A program made the position numbers and the translations under genes. Below the pieces are notes generated by a model that was not told the DNA's origin, did no database searches, and saw only the letters and a program-made list of their open reading frames with translations. Shown here one piece after another: positions 56,031 to 63,452 of a stretch of DNA of 64,000 nt (position 1 is its first letter; the number at the start of each line of letters is the position of its first letter). Source of the DNA: Clostridia bacterium (GTDB lineage Bacteria; Bacillota; Clostridia; Christensenellales; Borkfalkiaceae); assembly GCA_017886575.1 (NCBI GenBank), contig JAGHJP010000050.1, positions 28,661-92,660 on the forward strand, read 5' to 3'.

Positions 56031-56426
56031 TTAACTTTTGTCGGAAAAGGCAGAGCGGCATTCGGGGCAGACGCCCTTGAACTCGATGTCGTGGCTCTGC
56101 AGGGTGAACCCGCAGGCGTCCTCCACTTCGTCCTCCAAGCCGTACAGAAAAGGCATCCTGATGTCGCACACCTTGCCGCAGCGCAGGCAGCGGACGTGAT
56201 AGTGCGGCGTCGGATTATGGTCGAAGCGGTCCTCGCCGCCCGCAAAGCTCAGCCGCATGATGCGCCCGTTCTCTTCCGCCTGTTTCAAAACGCGAAAGAC
56301 CGTGGCGCGCGATACGGTGGGGTGCTCGCCGTGGATATATTCATACACCGCCGTCGCCGTCGGATGGTTGAGTTTGGGCAGCGCCTCCAATATGATCTGC
56401 TTCTGCCTCGTCTGCCTCTGGATCAT
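56031..56426 (-). CDS. Fur family transcriptional regulator (PerR/Zur-like)
   Basis: 131 aa. Winged-helix QRQTRQKQIILEAL...ATVFRVLKQAEENG, then HYHVRCLRCGK...GVCPEC (two CxxC pairs). Confidence 0.9.
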   Translation of the reverse strand: MIQRQTRQKQIILEALPKLNHPTATAVYEYIHGEHPTVSRATVFRVLKQAEENGRIMRLSFAGGEDRFDHNPTPHYHVRCLRCGKVCDIRMPFLYGLEDEVEDACGFTLQSHDIEFKGVCPECRSAFSDKS

Positions 56427-56472
56427 TGTTTCCTCTCTCCTCTCAAATAATACTGTGTCCTATATAGCCACC

Positions 56473-56501
56473 ATTATAACAAAAAGAAAGCGGGCTGTCA
56501 A
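56473..56501 (-). promoter_or_regulatory. consensus sigma-A promoter of the fur-family gene
   Basis: Minus strand reads TTGACA (56496-56501), exact 17-nt spacer, TATAAT (56473-56478). Confidence 0.7.
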
Positions 56502-56622
56502 GGCATTCGGCGCGAAAAAGGAAAGGAATTTCACTCTCGCGATAAAATACGAAAAGCGGAACAAAGAGCAGGCGAAACGCCCCGCGTCCGAAAACGGCGG
56601 CATCGCCCTTGCCGCCTTGCGG

Positions 56623-56811
56623 CTATTCTCTGCCCAGCAGAAAATCGGCGGACACCCCGAAAAAGTCGGCGAGGAGGACGATGTAAGACGCCTTCGGCTC
56701 GTTGACGCCCCGCTCCCAATAATCGACGGCCTTCTGGCTGACGCCGATGGCTTTGGCGAGCGCGGCCCGCGAAAGGTTCTTCTCCGCGCGCAGGCATTTA
56801 ATATTTTCCAC
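56623..56811 (-). CDS. XRE family helix-turn-helix transcriptional regulator (62 aa)
   Basis: GTG start with a GGGAGGA RBS 7 nt upstream. MENIKCLRAEKNLSRAALAKAIGVSQKAVDYWERGVNEPKASYIVLLADFFGVSADFLLG is a textbook HTH_3 domain. Confidence 0.9.
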   Translation of the reverse strand: MENIKCLRAEKNLSRAALAKAIGVSQKAVDYWERGVNEPKASYIVLLADFFGVSADFLLGRE

Positions 56812-56850
56812 AATGCTGTCCTCCCTTTAAAAGAAATTTTCTTGAAGGGC

Positions 56851-56879
56851 TTGACAAAGAAGAAAACTTCTTTTAGAAT
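56851..56879 (+). promoter_or_regulatory. promoter of the GIY-YIG/zinc-ribbon operon with operator-like inverted repeats
   Basis: TTGACA (56851-56856), 17-nt spacer, TAGAAT (56874-56879). The spacer contains AAGAAG-AAAA-CTTCTT. A related inverted repeat AGAAA-T-TTTCT lies at 56832-56842. Confidence 0.65.
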
Positions 56880-56910
56880 ATAGGTATACAACAGAAAAAA
56901 GGGGAAAAAG

Positions 56911-57675
56911 ATGTTCGATTCGTTTCCGCCGGAAGTGGCGGACAAACTGGGATATTATGTCTACCGCCTGATCGACCCGCGCGACGGACAGACATTTTAC
57001 GTCGGCAAGGGCAAGGGAAACCGCGTATTCCGGCATGCGCAAGGCGTGGCGGAACGGGAAAGATCGGAAGAGGCAATCGGCGATAACGATCCGCAGAAAC
57101 TGCGGGTCATTCACGGGATACACGAGGAAGGGCTGGAGGTCATTCACGTGATCCAGCGGTGGGGGCTGAAAGACGAGGACACGGCATTCGAAGTGGAGGC
57201 GGCGCTGATCGACTGTTACCGCGGGCTGACCAACCTGCAGGCGGGGCACGGGTCGGACGATTACGGCGTTGCCAACGCGGCGTCGCTCATCCGGCGTTTC
57301 ACGCGCAAAGTCTACGACGAACCGAAGGATTTCCGCTATCTCCTCATCAAAGTGCAGCAGTGGCGGGTGGACGAAGCGGCGGGGACATACGGAAACGACG
57401 CCCGCTATCAGATCACCCGCTGGTGCTGGAAGATAAAACCGAGGAGCACGGAAGAATACCCCTATGCCTTTTCCGTCACGGGCGGCATCGTCAAAGAGGT
57501 GTATAAGATCGACCGATGGATACCCGCCGAAGAAAAGCGGTACGCCTTCGAGGGAAGCGTTGCGGAGGAGGCGGTGAGGCACCGCTTTGTGGACAAGCGC
57601 ATCCCCGACGCCTATTGCAAAAAGGGAATGGCGTCACCCGTCCTGTTCTCCAAAAACGAATTGACGAATGAATGA
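56911..57675 (+). CDS. GIY-YIG nuclease-like protein (COG3680 / LEM-3-like GIY-YIG N-domain) with an unassigned C-terminal domain
   Basis: 254 aa. YYVYRLIDPRDGQTFYVGKGKGNRVFRH ... FEVEAALIDCY matches my memory of the COG3680-type GIY-YIG signature. I cannot place the C-terminal ~130 aa (RYQITRWCWKIK...GGIVKEVYKIDRW). Confidence 0.7.
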   Translation: MFDSFPPEVADKLGYYVYRLIDPRDGQTFYVGKGKGNRVFRHAQGVAERERSEEAIGDNDPQKLRVIHGIHEEGLEVIHVIQRWGLKDEDTAFEVEAALIDCYRGLTNLQAGHGSDDYGVANAASLIRRFTRKVYDEPKDFRYLLIKVQQWRVDEAAGTYGNDARYQITRWCWKIKPRSTEEYPYAFSVTGGIVKEVYKIDRWIPAEEKRYAFEGSVAEEAVRHRFVDKRIPDAYCKKGMASPVLFSKNELTNE

Positions 57676-58532
57676 GGAAAAATATGTCCGTACAAGAGAT
57701 AGAATGTAAAAATTGCGGTGCGCGCCTCGAACGGCGGGAGGACGGGCTGTACGCCTGCCCGCAGTGCGGCAGCGTATTCAAAGACGAGCCCGCCGTCGGG
57801 GACACCGTCATCCATCAAAACATCAGCAACCACAACGAAACGTATGTCAAAAATTTCTACGGCGGCGCGGTAACTTCGGAAAAGACGCGGGAGCGCATCG
57901 AATCGTACTATGGCCTGATTTTGGAGGCGATGTCGCACGAACGATACGCGGAAGCCCGCGGATACGCCGTGCGCATCGTCAACCTGGACCCTGACGAAGG
58001 GGACGCGCGGGCGATCAAGCGCTATTTGGACCACTGTAAGAAAGAGAACGGCAGGTACGGCACGCTCGGCTTTGCGGAAAGCCTGGCCGTGCTGACCGAC
58101 GAGGACCTGCTGGGGCGGACGCCTTCCGAGCGGCCCTTCTTTCTGCAGATCTTTGTCGACGAACTCACCCGCGGCAGTAAAAATTACTACTACTATTTCC
58201 GCGACTTAGAAGCCGGCATGCAAACCCTGGACAAGCTGCAAGAAAAATTATCGGAAATTGCCGACGACGGGGAGGCTTTCGCCGAATTCAAAGAAAAAAT
58301 CGCCGCCTGGGACAAAAAGATGCGCGAAGACCATGCCGCAAACATACGGCGCGAACAGGAATTGAACGCGGAACGCCTACGGCACGAGCAGGAACAGGAA
58401 GCGGAACGCCTGCGAAAAGAAAAGAGAAAAAAACATATCATTGCGGGGATCGTTATCGGCTTGCCGGTTTTATTCATAGCGATCGGATTGATGGTCTATT
58501 TTACTTCTGTAATCCTTGTTTTAACTATATAA
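57672..58532 (+). CDS. zinc-ribbon / helical-repeat / coiled-coil protein with a single C-terminal TM anchor
   Basis: The ATG overlaps the upstream stop (ATGA). An alternative ATG at 57684 has a GAGGA RBS. CKNCGARLERREDGLYACPQCG, a TPR-like helical region, a charged coil REQELNAERLRHEQEQEAERLRKEKRKK, and TM HIIAGIVIGLPVLFIAIGLMVYFTSVILVL at the very C-terminus. Confidence 0.75.
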   Translation: MRKNMSVQEIECKNCGARLERREDGLYACPQCGSVFKDEPAVGDTVIHQNISNHNETYVKNFYGGAVTSEKTRERIESYYGLILEAMSHERYAEARGYAVRIVNLDPDEGDARAIKRYLDHCKKENGRYGTLGFAESLAVLTDEDLLGRTPSERPFFLQIFVDELTRGSKNYYYYFRDLEAGMQTLDKLQEKLSEIADDGEAFAEFKEKIAAWDKKMREDHAANIRREQELNAERLRHEQEQEAERLRKEKRKKHIIAGIVIGLPVLFIAIGLMVYFTSVILVLTI

Positions 58533-58571
58533 TGTAATGTTTTTATACCTGCATCTGCAGACGATACAGAC

Positions 58572-58606
58572 AAAAAAAGAAGAAGCCGTCCGCTTCTTCT
58601 TTTTTG
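58572..58606. terminator. bidirectional Rho-independent terminator
   Basis: AAAAAA AGAAGAAGC cgtcc GCTTCTTCT TTTTT, lying between the convergent zinc-ribbon gene and trmL. Confidence 0.8.
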
Positions 58607-58652
58607 TCAAATGCCCTTCCCCTTCGCACGTAAGAGCAGAACCACGGGCAAT

Positions 58653-59150
58653 TTATTCCTTCCAATGCAGGCGGTGCAATTCCCCCGCGGCGCTCAGTCC
58701 CGCATAATCGTTCTGGCGGAAGGCCTCGTACACCCCGACGGCGACGGCGTTGGAGAGGTTGAGGCAGCGCACCCCCTCGCGCATGGGAATGCGCACGCAC
58801 GCCTCCTCGTGCCCTGCCAGGAGTTCTTCGGGCAGCCCCGCCGTTTCCTTGCCGAACACAAGATAGTCCCCCGCGCGAAAATGCGCCTCGCTGTGCGCGC
58901 GGCGCGCCTTGGACGTGAAGAAAAAGAGCCGCCCGCCCCTCGTCTTTTCCAAAAAGTCGGCGAGGGAATCATAATAGGCGATGTCCACATATTTCCAATA
59001 GTCGAGCCCCGCGCGCTTCAGGTATTTGTCGGATACCTCGAACCCCAGAGGGCGCACGAGGTGCAGGCGGCAGCCCGTGGCGGCGCAGGTGCGCACGACG
59101 TTGCCCGTGTTCTGCGGGATCTCGGGTTCGACCAACACGATGTTAAACAT
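58653..59150 (-). CDS. trmL: tRNA (cytidine/uridine-2'-O-)-methyltransferase TrmL (SpoU family)
   Basis: 165 aa. MFNIVLVEPEIPQNTGNVVRTCAATG, LVFGKETAGLP, LNLSNAVAVGVYEA. Confidence 0.92.
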   Translation of the reverse strand: MFNIVLVEPEIPQNTGNVVRTCAATGCRLHLVRPLGFEVSDKYLKRAGLDYWKYVDIAYYDSLADFLEKTRGGRLFFFTSKARRAHSEAHFRAGDYLVFGKETAGLPEELLAGHEEACVRIPMREGVRCLNLSNAVAVGVYEAFRQNDYAGLSAAGELHRLHWKE

Positions 59151-59231
59151 AAAAATCTCCTTCCTTTGTTTGCGGCGAACGGGACAAAGGTCAGACCCAT
59201 GCCCGCATGAAAGCCGTTTGCCGCGTCTGCG

Positions 59232-60941
59232 TCAATCCCCGAACGCATATGCCGTTACGATCGGTTCCCGCCCCTGCGTGACGTCCGTAAAATACTCGTA
59301 ATGACAGATGCCGAGAAAGCCGCCGGAAATATTGTATACGTCCGTGAACCCGTTGCCCTGCAGCGCCATGACCGCGTTGTAGCTGGTCTGCCCGATGCGG
59401 CAGTGGACATAAACGGAGCGATCCTTGGGGATCTCGTTCATCCTGCGGCGGAGCTGCGCCATGGGAATGTTGACGGCGTTCCTGACGTGCCCCTGCGCAT
59501 ACGCCGCCGCGGGGCGGACGTCGAGGATATACGCCCCCGATTCCACGAGTTCCCGCACCCGGTCGACCCGCACCTGGCGGTATGCCCCCTGCAAGAGGTT
59601 GCCCGCGACCAGCCCCGCGTAATTCACGGCGTCCTTTGGCGCGTTGAAGGGGGGCGCATAGCACAGCTCCGCGTCGCGCAGGTCGTCCACCGTGCCGCCG
59701 AATTTCAAAAGCATCGCCACGACGTCTATGCGCTTGACGGCTTCCCCTTTCGAGATCGCCTGCGCGCCGAGCACCTTGCCGGTGGGGACTTCGAAGACCA
59801 CTTTGAAGTGCAGCGTGTGGCTGTCCGGCATGATGCCGACCTTGTCGTTGGGCAGGACATAGGCGACGTCGTGCGGTATCCCTTCCCGTTCGCACTGCGC
59901 CGCCGTCAGCCCCGCGGAGGCGGCGTTGTATTCGAACACCTTGATGCAATTGGAGCCGATGAACCCCGTGTTCCGCACGCTCCGCCCGCAGATATGGTCC
60001 GCCGCCTGCCGCGCCTGTTTTTGCGCCGGGCCGGCGAGCTGGAGCATTGCAGGCTTATTCGTCAGCGGGTTGAACACCTCGACGGCGTCGCCGACGGCAT
60101 AGATATCGGGGTCGCTCGTGCGGTAGCCAGCGTCCGTTTCGATCGCGCCCCGCTCGTTCAGCACGAGACCCGCGCGGGCGGCAAGGGCGGTATCGGGCCG
60201 CACGCCCACCGCCATGACCACGGCGTCCCCTTCGACCGTCCTGCCCGACCGCAGCAGCAGGCCGGACCCGCGGAAGGACGCCACGGAATCGCCGACGATG
60301 AGTTCCACCCCTTTGTCGAGCATTTCCTTTTGCAGGATCTGCACCATGTCGGAATCGAACGTTCTGAGGATCTGCGGCATCGCCTCGACCAGAGCCACGC
60401 GGTACCCCGCTTCCCGCAGGTTGACCGCCACTTCGACGCCGATGAACCCGCCGCCGACGACGGATACCTTCCCCGCCCCTTGCGTTTTCAGGAAGGTGTA
60501 GAGGCGGTCGATGTCCTCCACCGTCTTGACGAAGAAGATGCGGGCATTTTCCGCGCCGACGACGGGCGGCATGACGGCGTTTGCCCCCGTCGCCAAAACG
60601 AGTTTATCGTAACTTTCGTCATACGTTTGCCCGCTCTTCAGGTCCCGGACGGACACCTTCTTTGCCTTACGGTCGACGGAGACGGCTTCGCTGAATACCC
60701 GCGCGTCGATGTTGTATGTATCGTGCAGGGAGCGCGGGGTGTTCAGCACCAGCGCCTCCGTATCCCCGATCGTTTCGCTCAGGCGATAGGGCAGGCCGCA
60801 GTTGGAATAGGACATGTACGGGCCCTTTTCCAACAACACGATCTCCGCCCGCTCGTCGAGCCGCCTGAGCCGCGCGGCAACGCCCGCGCCCCCCGTATTG
60901 CCGCCGACGACGACATATTTCATCCGTTTTTCCTCTTTCAT
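59232..60941 (-). CDS. FAD-dependent pyridine nucleotide-disulfide oxidoreductase with a C-terminal rhodanese domain (CoA-disulfide reductase-like)
   Basis: GGNTGGAG FAD motif, redox Cys in SYSNCGLPY, second dinucleotide fold VVGGGFIGVE. Rhodanese active site YVHCRIGQTS. An alternative start at 60923 (MKYVVVGG) also has a good RBS. Confidence 0.88.
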   Translation of the reverse strand: MKEEKRMKYVVVGGNTGGAGVAARLRRLDERAEIVLLEKGPYMSYSNCGLPYRLSETIGDTEALVLNTPRSLHDTYNIDARVFSEAVSVDRKAKKVSVRDLKSGQTYDESYDKLVLATGANAVMPPVVGAENARIFFVKTVEDIDRLYTFLKTQGAGKVSVVGGGFIGVEVAVNLREAGYRVALVEAMPQILRTFDSDMVQILQKEMLDKGVELIVGDSVASFRGSGLLLRSGRTVEGDAVVMAVGVRPDTALAARAGLVLNERGAIETDAGYRTSDPDIYAVGDAVEVFNPLTNKPAMLQLAGPAQKQARQAADHICGRSVRNTGFIGSNCIKVFEYNAASAGLTAAQCEREGIPHDVAYVLPNDKVGIMPDSHTLHFKVVFEVPTGKVLGAQAISKGEAVKRIDVVAMLLKFGGTVDDLRDAELCYAPPFNAPKDAVNYAGLVAGNLLQGAYRQVRVDRVRELVESGAYILDVRPAAAYAQGHVRNAVNIPMAQLRRRMNEIPKDRSVYVHCRIGQTSYNAVMALQGNGFTDVYNISGGFLGICHYEYFTDVTQGREPIVTAYAFGD

Positions 60942-61194
60942 ATACCGATCCTCCCGCGATGGAATTGCAAGTCAGCGGAGAACGCCTTTGCCGTTTTATC
61001 CTTTTGCCTCTCCCCGCCGCCGCGCGGTTTTGCCCGCAAGGGATATTATAGCATTTTCCGCTCTTTTCCGCAAGTTTTTTGAACGGGGAAATGGTCTCCC
61101 GCAAGCTGAAAAGCGAGAGCAAAGGCCTCCGCCTCTGCCCGCGCGGGGTTTTCGGCGCCGTTGAAAAATATCTGAAATTCCGCCCCGCAATCGT

Positions 61195-61223
61195 TTGACA
61201 AAAATTTTGTTTTGCGCTATACT
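61195..61223 (+). promoter_or_regulatory. orphan near-consensus sigma-A promoter (no plus-strand ORF downstream)
   Basis: TTGACA (61195-61200), exact 17-nt spacer, TATACT (61218-61223). It points into the 3' end of the minus-strand rubrerythrin operon. Confidence 0.6.
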
Positions 61224-61361
61224 ATGTGAAAGTCGTGCGAAGGGAAGAAAGTCCCTTCGGCGCGGTTTGAATTTACCTACACTACCCATATTTTTTCTCA
61301 TTTTTTTAAGGACGGTATTCGTGAGAATCCCGCCCTTAAAAGTTTTATCCCCGTTTCCGCG

Positions 61362-61517
61362 TTACAGATCGTCCGCGTCCTGCACGGGAAGGCTGCCGAA
61401 GGGTTTTTTCTGCGGTACGCCCGTATAGCTCCCCTCCGCGTCCCCTTCCGAACGCATATCGGGGATGAACGGCTTTTTCGCGGGGCGGCTTTTCCCGCCC
61501 TTTTTCTGCGCCGTCAT
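61362..61517 (-). CDS. hypothetical 51-aa protein (small ORF 2 downstream of rubrerythrin)
   Basis: MTAQKKGGKSRPAKKPFIPDMRSEGDAEGSYTGVPQKKPFGSLPVQDADDL. Its ATG overlaps the stop of small ORF 1 (ATGA). No family recognised. Confidence 0.4.
   Translation of the reverse strand: MTAQKKGGKSRPAKKPFIPDMRSEGDAEGSYTGVPQKKPFGSLPVQDADDL
61483..61505 (+). terminator. plus-strand intrinsic terminator about 275 nt downstream of the orphan promoter
   Basis: GGGCGG cttttc CCGCCC followed by TTTTT. In the minus orientation no T-run follows. Confidence 0.5.
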
Positions 61518-61726
61518 CTCTCTACGTGCTGCGCCTGCGCACCGCGCCCGCCGCTCTGCTCGCCCCGGCAGTTCTGCGCGTTCTGACCATTCTGACCGTT
61601 CTGCGCGTTCTGACCGTTCTGTGCGTTCTGACCGTTCTGTGCGTTCTGACCGTTCTGTGCGCGGCTGCCGTTGTTGCAGCACCTGCCGCTCTGCGTCGTT
61701 TTTGCGTTTTTCATCTTGTTCTTCAT
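61514..61726 (-). CDS. hypothetical 70-aa Q/N/G-repeat protein (small ORF 1 downstream of rubrerythrin)
   Basis: MKNKMKNAKTTQSGRCCNNGSR(AQNGQN)n...CRGEQSGGRGAQAQHVER. AAGGAGA RBS 7 nt upstream. The ATG overlaps the rubrerythrin stop (TAATG). Confidence 0.5.
   Translation of the reverse strand: MKNKMKNAKTTQSGRCCNNGSRAQNGQNAQNGQNAQNGQNAQNGQNGQNAQNCRGEQSGGRGAQAQHVER
61571..61660. repeat. tandem repeat, ten 9-bp units (five 18-bp units)
   Basis: GTTCTG(CGC/ACC/TGC) units are contiguous from 61571 to 61660. They encode (AQNGQN)n in the small-ORF-1 frame. Confidence 0.9.
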
Positions 61727-62322
61727 TACAATTTCTCCTTTTGGAAGGGGATATGCAGTTCGACATAGCCCTGCGGATGCCGGCAGACGGGGCAAACGTT
61801 CCACGCTTCTTTGGAGGTGTGCATGTAGCCGCACTCCGAACATATCCAGAGCATGGGCGTCTCGTTCTTATAGAGCGTGCCGTTTTTGACCGCTTCGTAC
61901 AGATAGTTGAAGATGATGTTGTGATTGCTTTCGATGACCGCTATCTGTGTGAAAGAACGGGCGACGTCGGCAAAGCCCTCCGATTCCGCCGCCTTGGCAA
62001 AGGCGGGATAGATGCGCTTTTCCTCTTCCCGCTCGTCGAGCGCCGCCAGCCGCAGATTTTCTTCCAGATCTCCCGCATGGAAGGGATAGCCCGCGTCGAT
62101 GTTGATATTGTCCGTGCTTCCTGCGTATTTCTGAATGTATTCAAAGAAAATCCTGGCATGGTTGGTCTCGTTCTTGGCAATGTTGCGGATGGTGTCCGCC
62201 AGGGTCTTCAGCCCCTGCTGCATGGCCTGTTTCGCGATGAGCTGATAGCGCATGCCCGCCTGCGATTCGCCCGCAAAACCGCGGGCAAGGTTCAAAAATG
62301 TTTCCGTTTTGTCGAATTGCAT
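61726..62322 (-). CDS. rbr: rubrerythrin
   Basis: 198 aa. Ferritin-like di-iron motifs (GESQAGMRY, NETNHA, EEEKRIYPAF, ESNH) plus a C-terminal rubredoxin-like CSECG...CPVC. Confidence 0.93.
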   Translation of the reverse strand: MQFDKTETFLNLARGFAGESQAGMRYQLIAKQAMQQGLKTLADTIRNIAKNETNHARIFFEYIQKYAGSTDNINIDAGYPFHAGDLEENLRLAALDEREEEKRIYPAFAKAAESEGFADVARSFTQIAVIESNHNIIFNYLYEAVKNGTLYKNETPMLWICSECGYMHTSKEAWNVCPVCRHPQGYVELHIPFQKEKL

Positions 62323-62478
62323 ATGCTTTTTATCTCCCTTGCCTACACAGTATGCCCCCTTTCCGCCCCGCTTTATGCACGGGATCTACAGGAAAACTGA
62401 GGTTTTTTTCGGTCTTTACGCGTAAAAAGAGAGAAAAAGCGGAGAAGGCCCCGCCCGTCCCCTTTTCCCGGGCGGGGA

Positions 62479-62507
62479 TTGACAGCCGCGGGCGGATATG
62501 CTATACT
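62479..62507 (+). promoter_or_regulatory. promoter of the rhomboid gene
   Basis: TTGACA (62479-62484), 17-nt spacer, TGcTATACT (-10 at 62502-62507). Confidence 0.65.
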
Positions 62508-62554
62508 GTGAACGGTCCGGGAACGATCCCCGGGCGGAAAAGGGGAAATTTTTT

Positions 62555-63298
62555 ATGATCAAGAGCAATATTTTTCTCGACGACGGGACCAAACGGGTCA
62601 CGAAACGCAACCGCAACTATTTTTTCGCCGCGACCTTAGGGATAGTGTTCGTGAACTTCTATCTGTACTTTTTCCCCGTGATCGGACCGTCTCTCGCCGA
62701 CGCGCGTCCCGATTGGGACACGTTTTCCGTCGTCAACCTCTTTGAGGCCTTTTTGGCGGCCTATACGCATGCGGGATTTCAGCATTGCAGCCTGAACATG
62801 CTCTGCTTTTTGATCGCGGGGGCATACCTGGAACGCAAACAGGGCACTTTCCGCTTTCTGTCCTTTGTCGCCGTCCTGTCTTTCTTTTCGGGGTTTGCCA
62901 CGGCAACAAATTACCTTTCGCTGAAATTCGTCGGCTTTTCGGGCGTGAATTATGCGCTGTACGCCTATATCGTCATCGATTATATCTTCGTGCTCGCGCG
63001 CAGACAGAAGCGCGACCTCGTCAACGTGATCGCGGGGGCCGTTCTGCTCGCGCTCATCTACTTCGCCATGTGTTTCAGCGGCGGCACGGAAAGGATATCC
63101 TTCGAACCCTACCCCTACGACCTGCTGCACAACCTCGGTCACGCAAGCGGCTTTTTCGTCGGCATTCTCTTCGGGCTGTATGAAGGAATCGCCGACGTCC
63201 TGCGACAGCCCGAACGACGGTCCGCGGCAGACAGAACAACGGACACGCCCGACGCGGATGCAACCAACAGGAAGAAGGACGACAAAGACGGACGGTAG
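62555..63298 (+). CDS. rhomboid family intramembrane serine protease
   Basis: Track ORF trimmed to the ATG at 62555 (MIKSNIFLDD...). Six TM helices, HAGFQHCSLNM, catalytic GFSGVNYALY and HNLGHASGF. Confidence 0.85.
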   Translation: MIKSNIFLDDGTKRVTKRNRNYFFAATLGIVFVNFYLYFFPVIGPSLADARPDWDTFSVVNLFEAFLAAYTHAGFQHCSLNMLCFLIAGAYLERKQGTFRFLSFVAVLSFFSGFATATNYLSLKFVGFSGVNYALYAYIVIDYIFVLARRQKRDLVNVIAGAVLLALIYFAMCFSGGTERISFEPYPYDLLHNLGHASGFFVGILFGLYEGIADVLRQPERRSAADRTTDTPDADATNRKKDDKDGR

Positions 63299-63362
63299 GC
63301 GCCCCTGCACCGGGCGGCGCGGAGGGGCCTTTCCGCGTGCGCGGAAGGGAGACCGGATGAAC

Positions 63363-63405
63363 AAAGAAATATCCGCGCGGGCGTGCCCGCGCGGATCTCT
63401 TTTTC
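63363..63405. terminator. bidirectional Rho-independent terminator
   Basis: Perfect 12-bp palindromic stem ATCCGCGCGGGC gt GCCCGCGCGGAT (63371-63396), flanked by AAAGAAAT and CTCTTTTT. Lies between the convergent rhomboid gene and glnS. Confidence 0.85.
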
Positions 63406-63452
63406 AAGAAACGGGAAAAGGCGGAAAAAAGCTGCCCATGCCCGCATTTTCC

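Noticed and set aside
61195-61428. 77-aa plus-strand ORF downstream of the orphan promoter
   Set aside because: Its TTG start is the -35 hexamer itself. It has no RBS and its composition is not protein-like. The transcript is better treated as non-coding.
61571-61660. Possible CRISPR array or other spaced repeat
   Set aside because: The units are contiguous 9/18-bp tandem repeats with no spacers, and no cas genes are present. This is an in-frame coding minisatellite.
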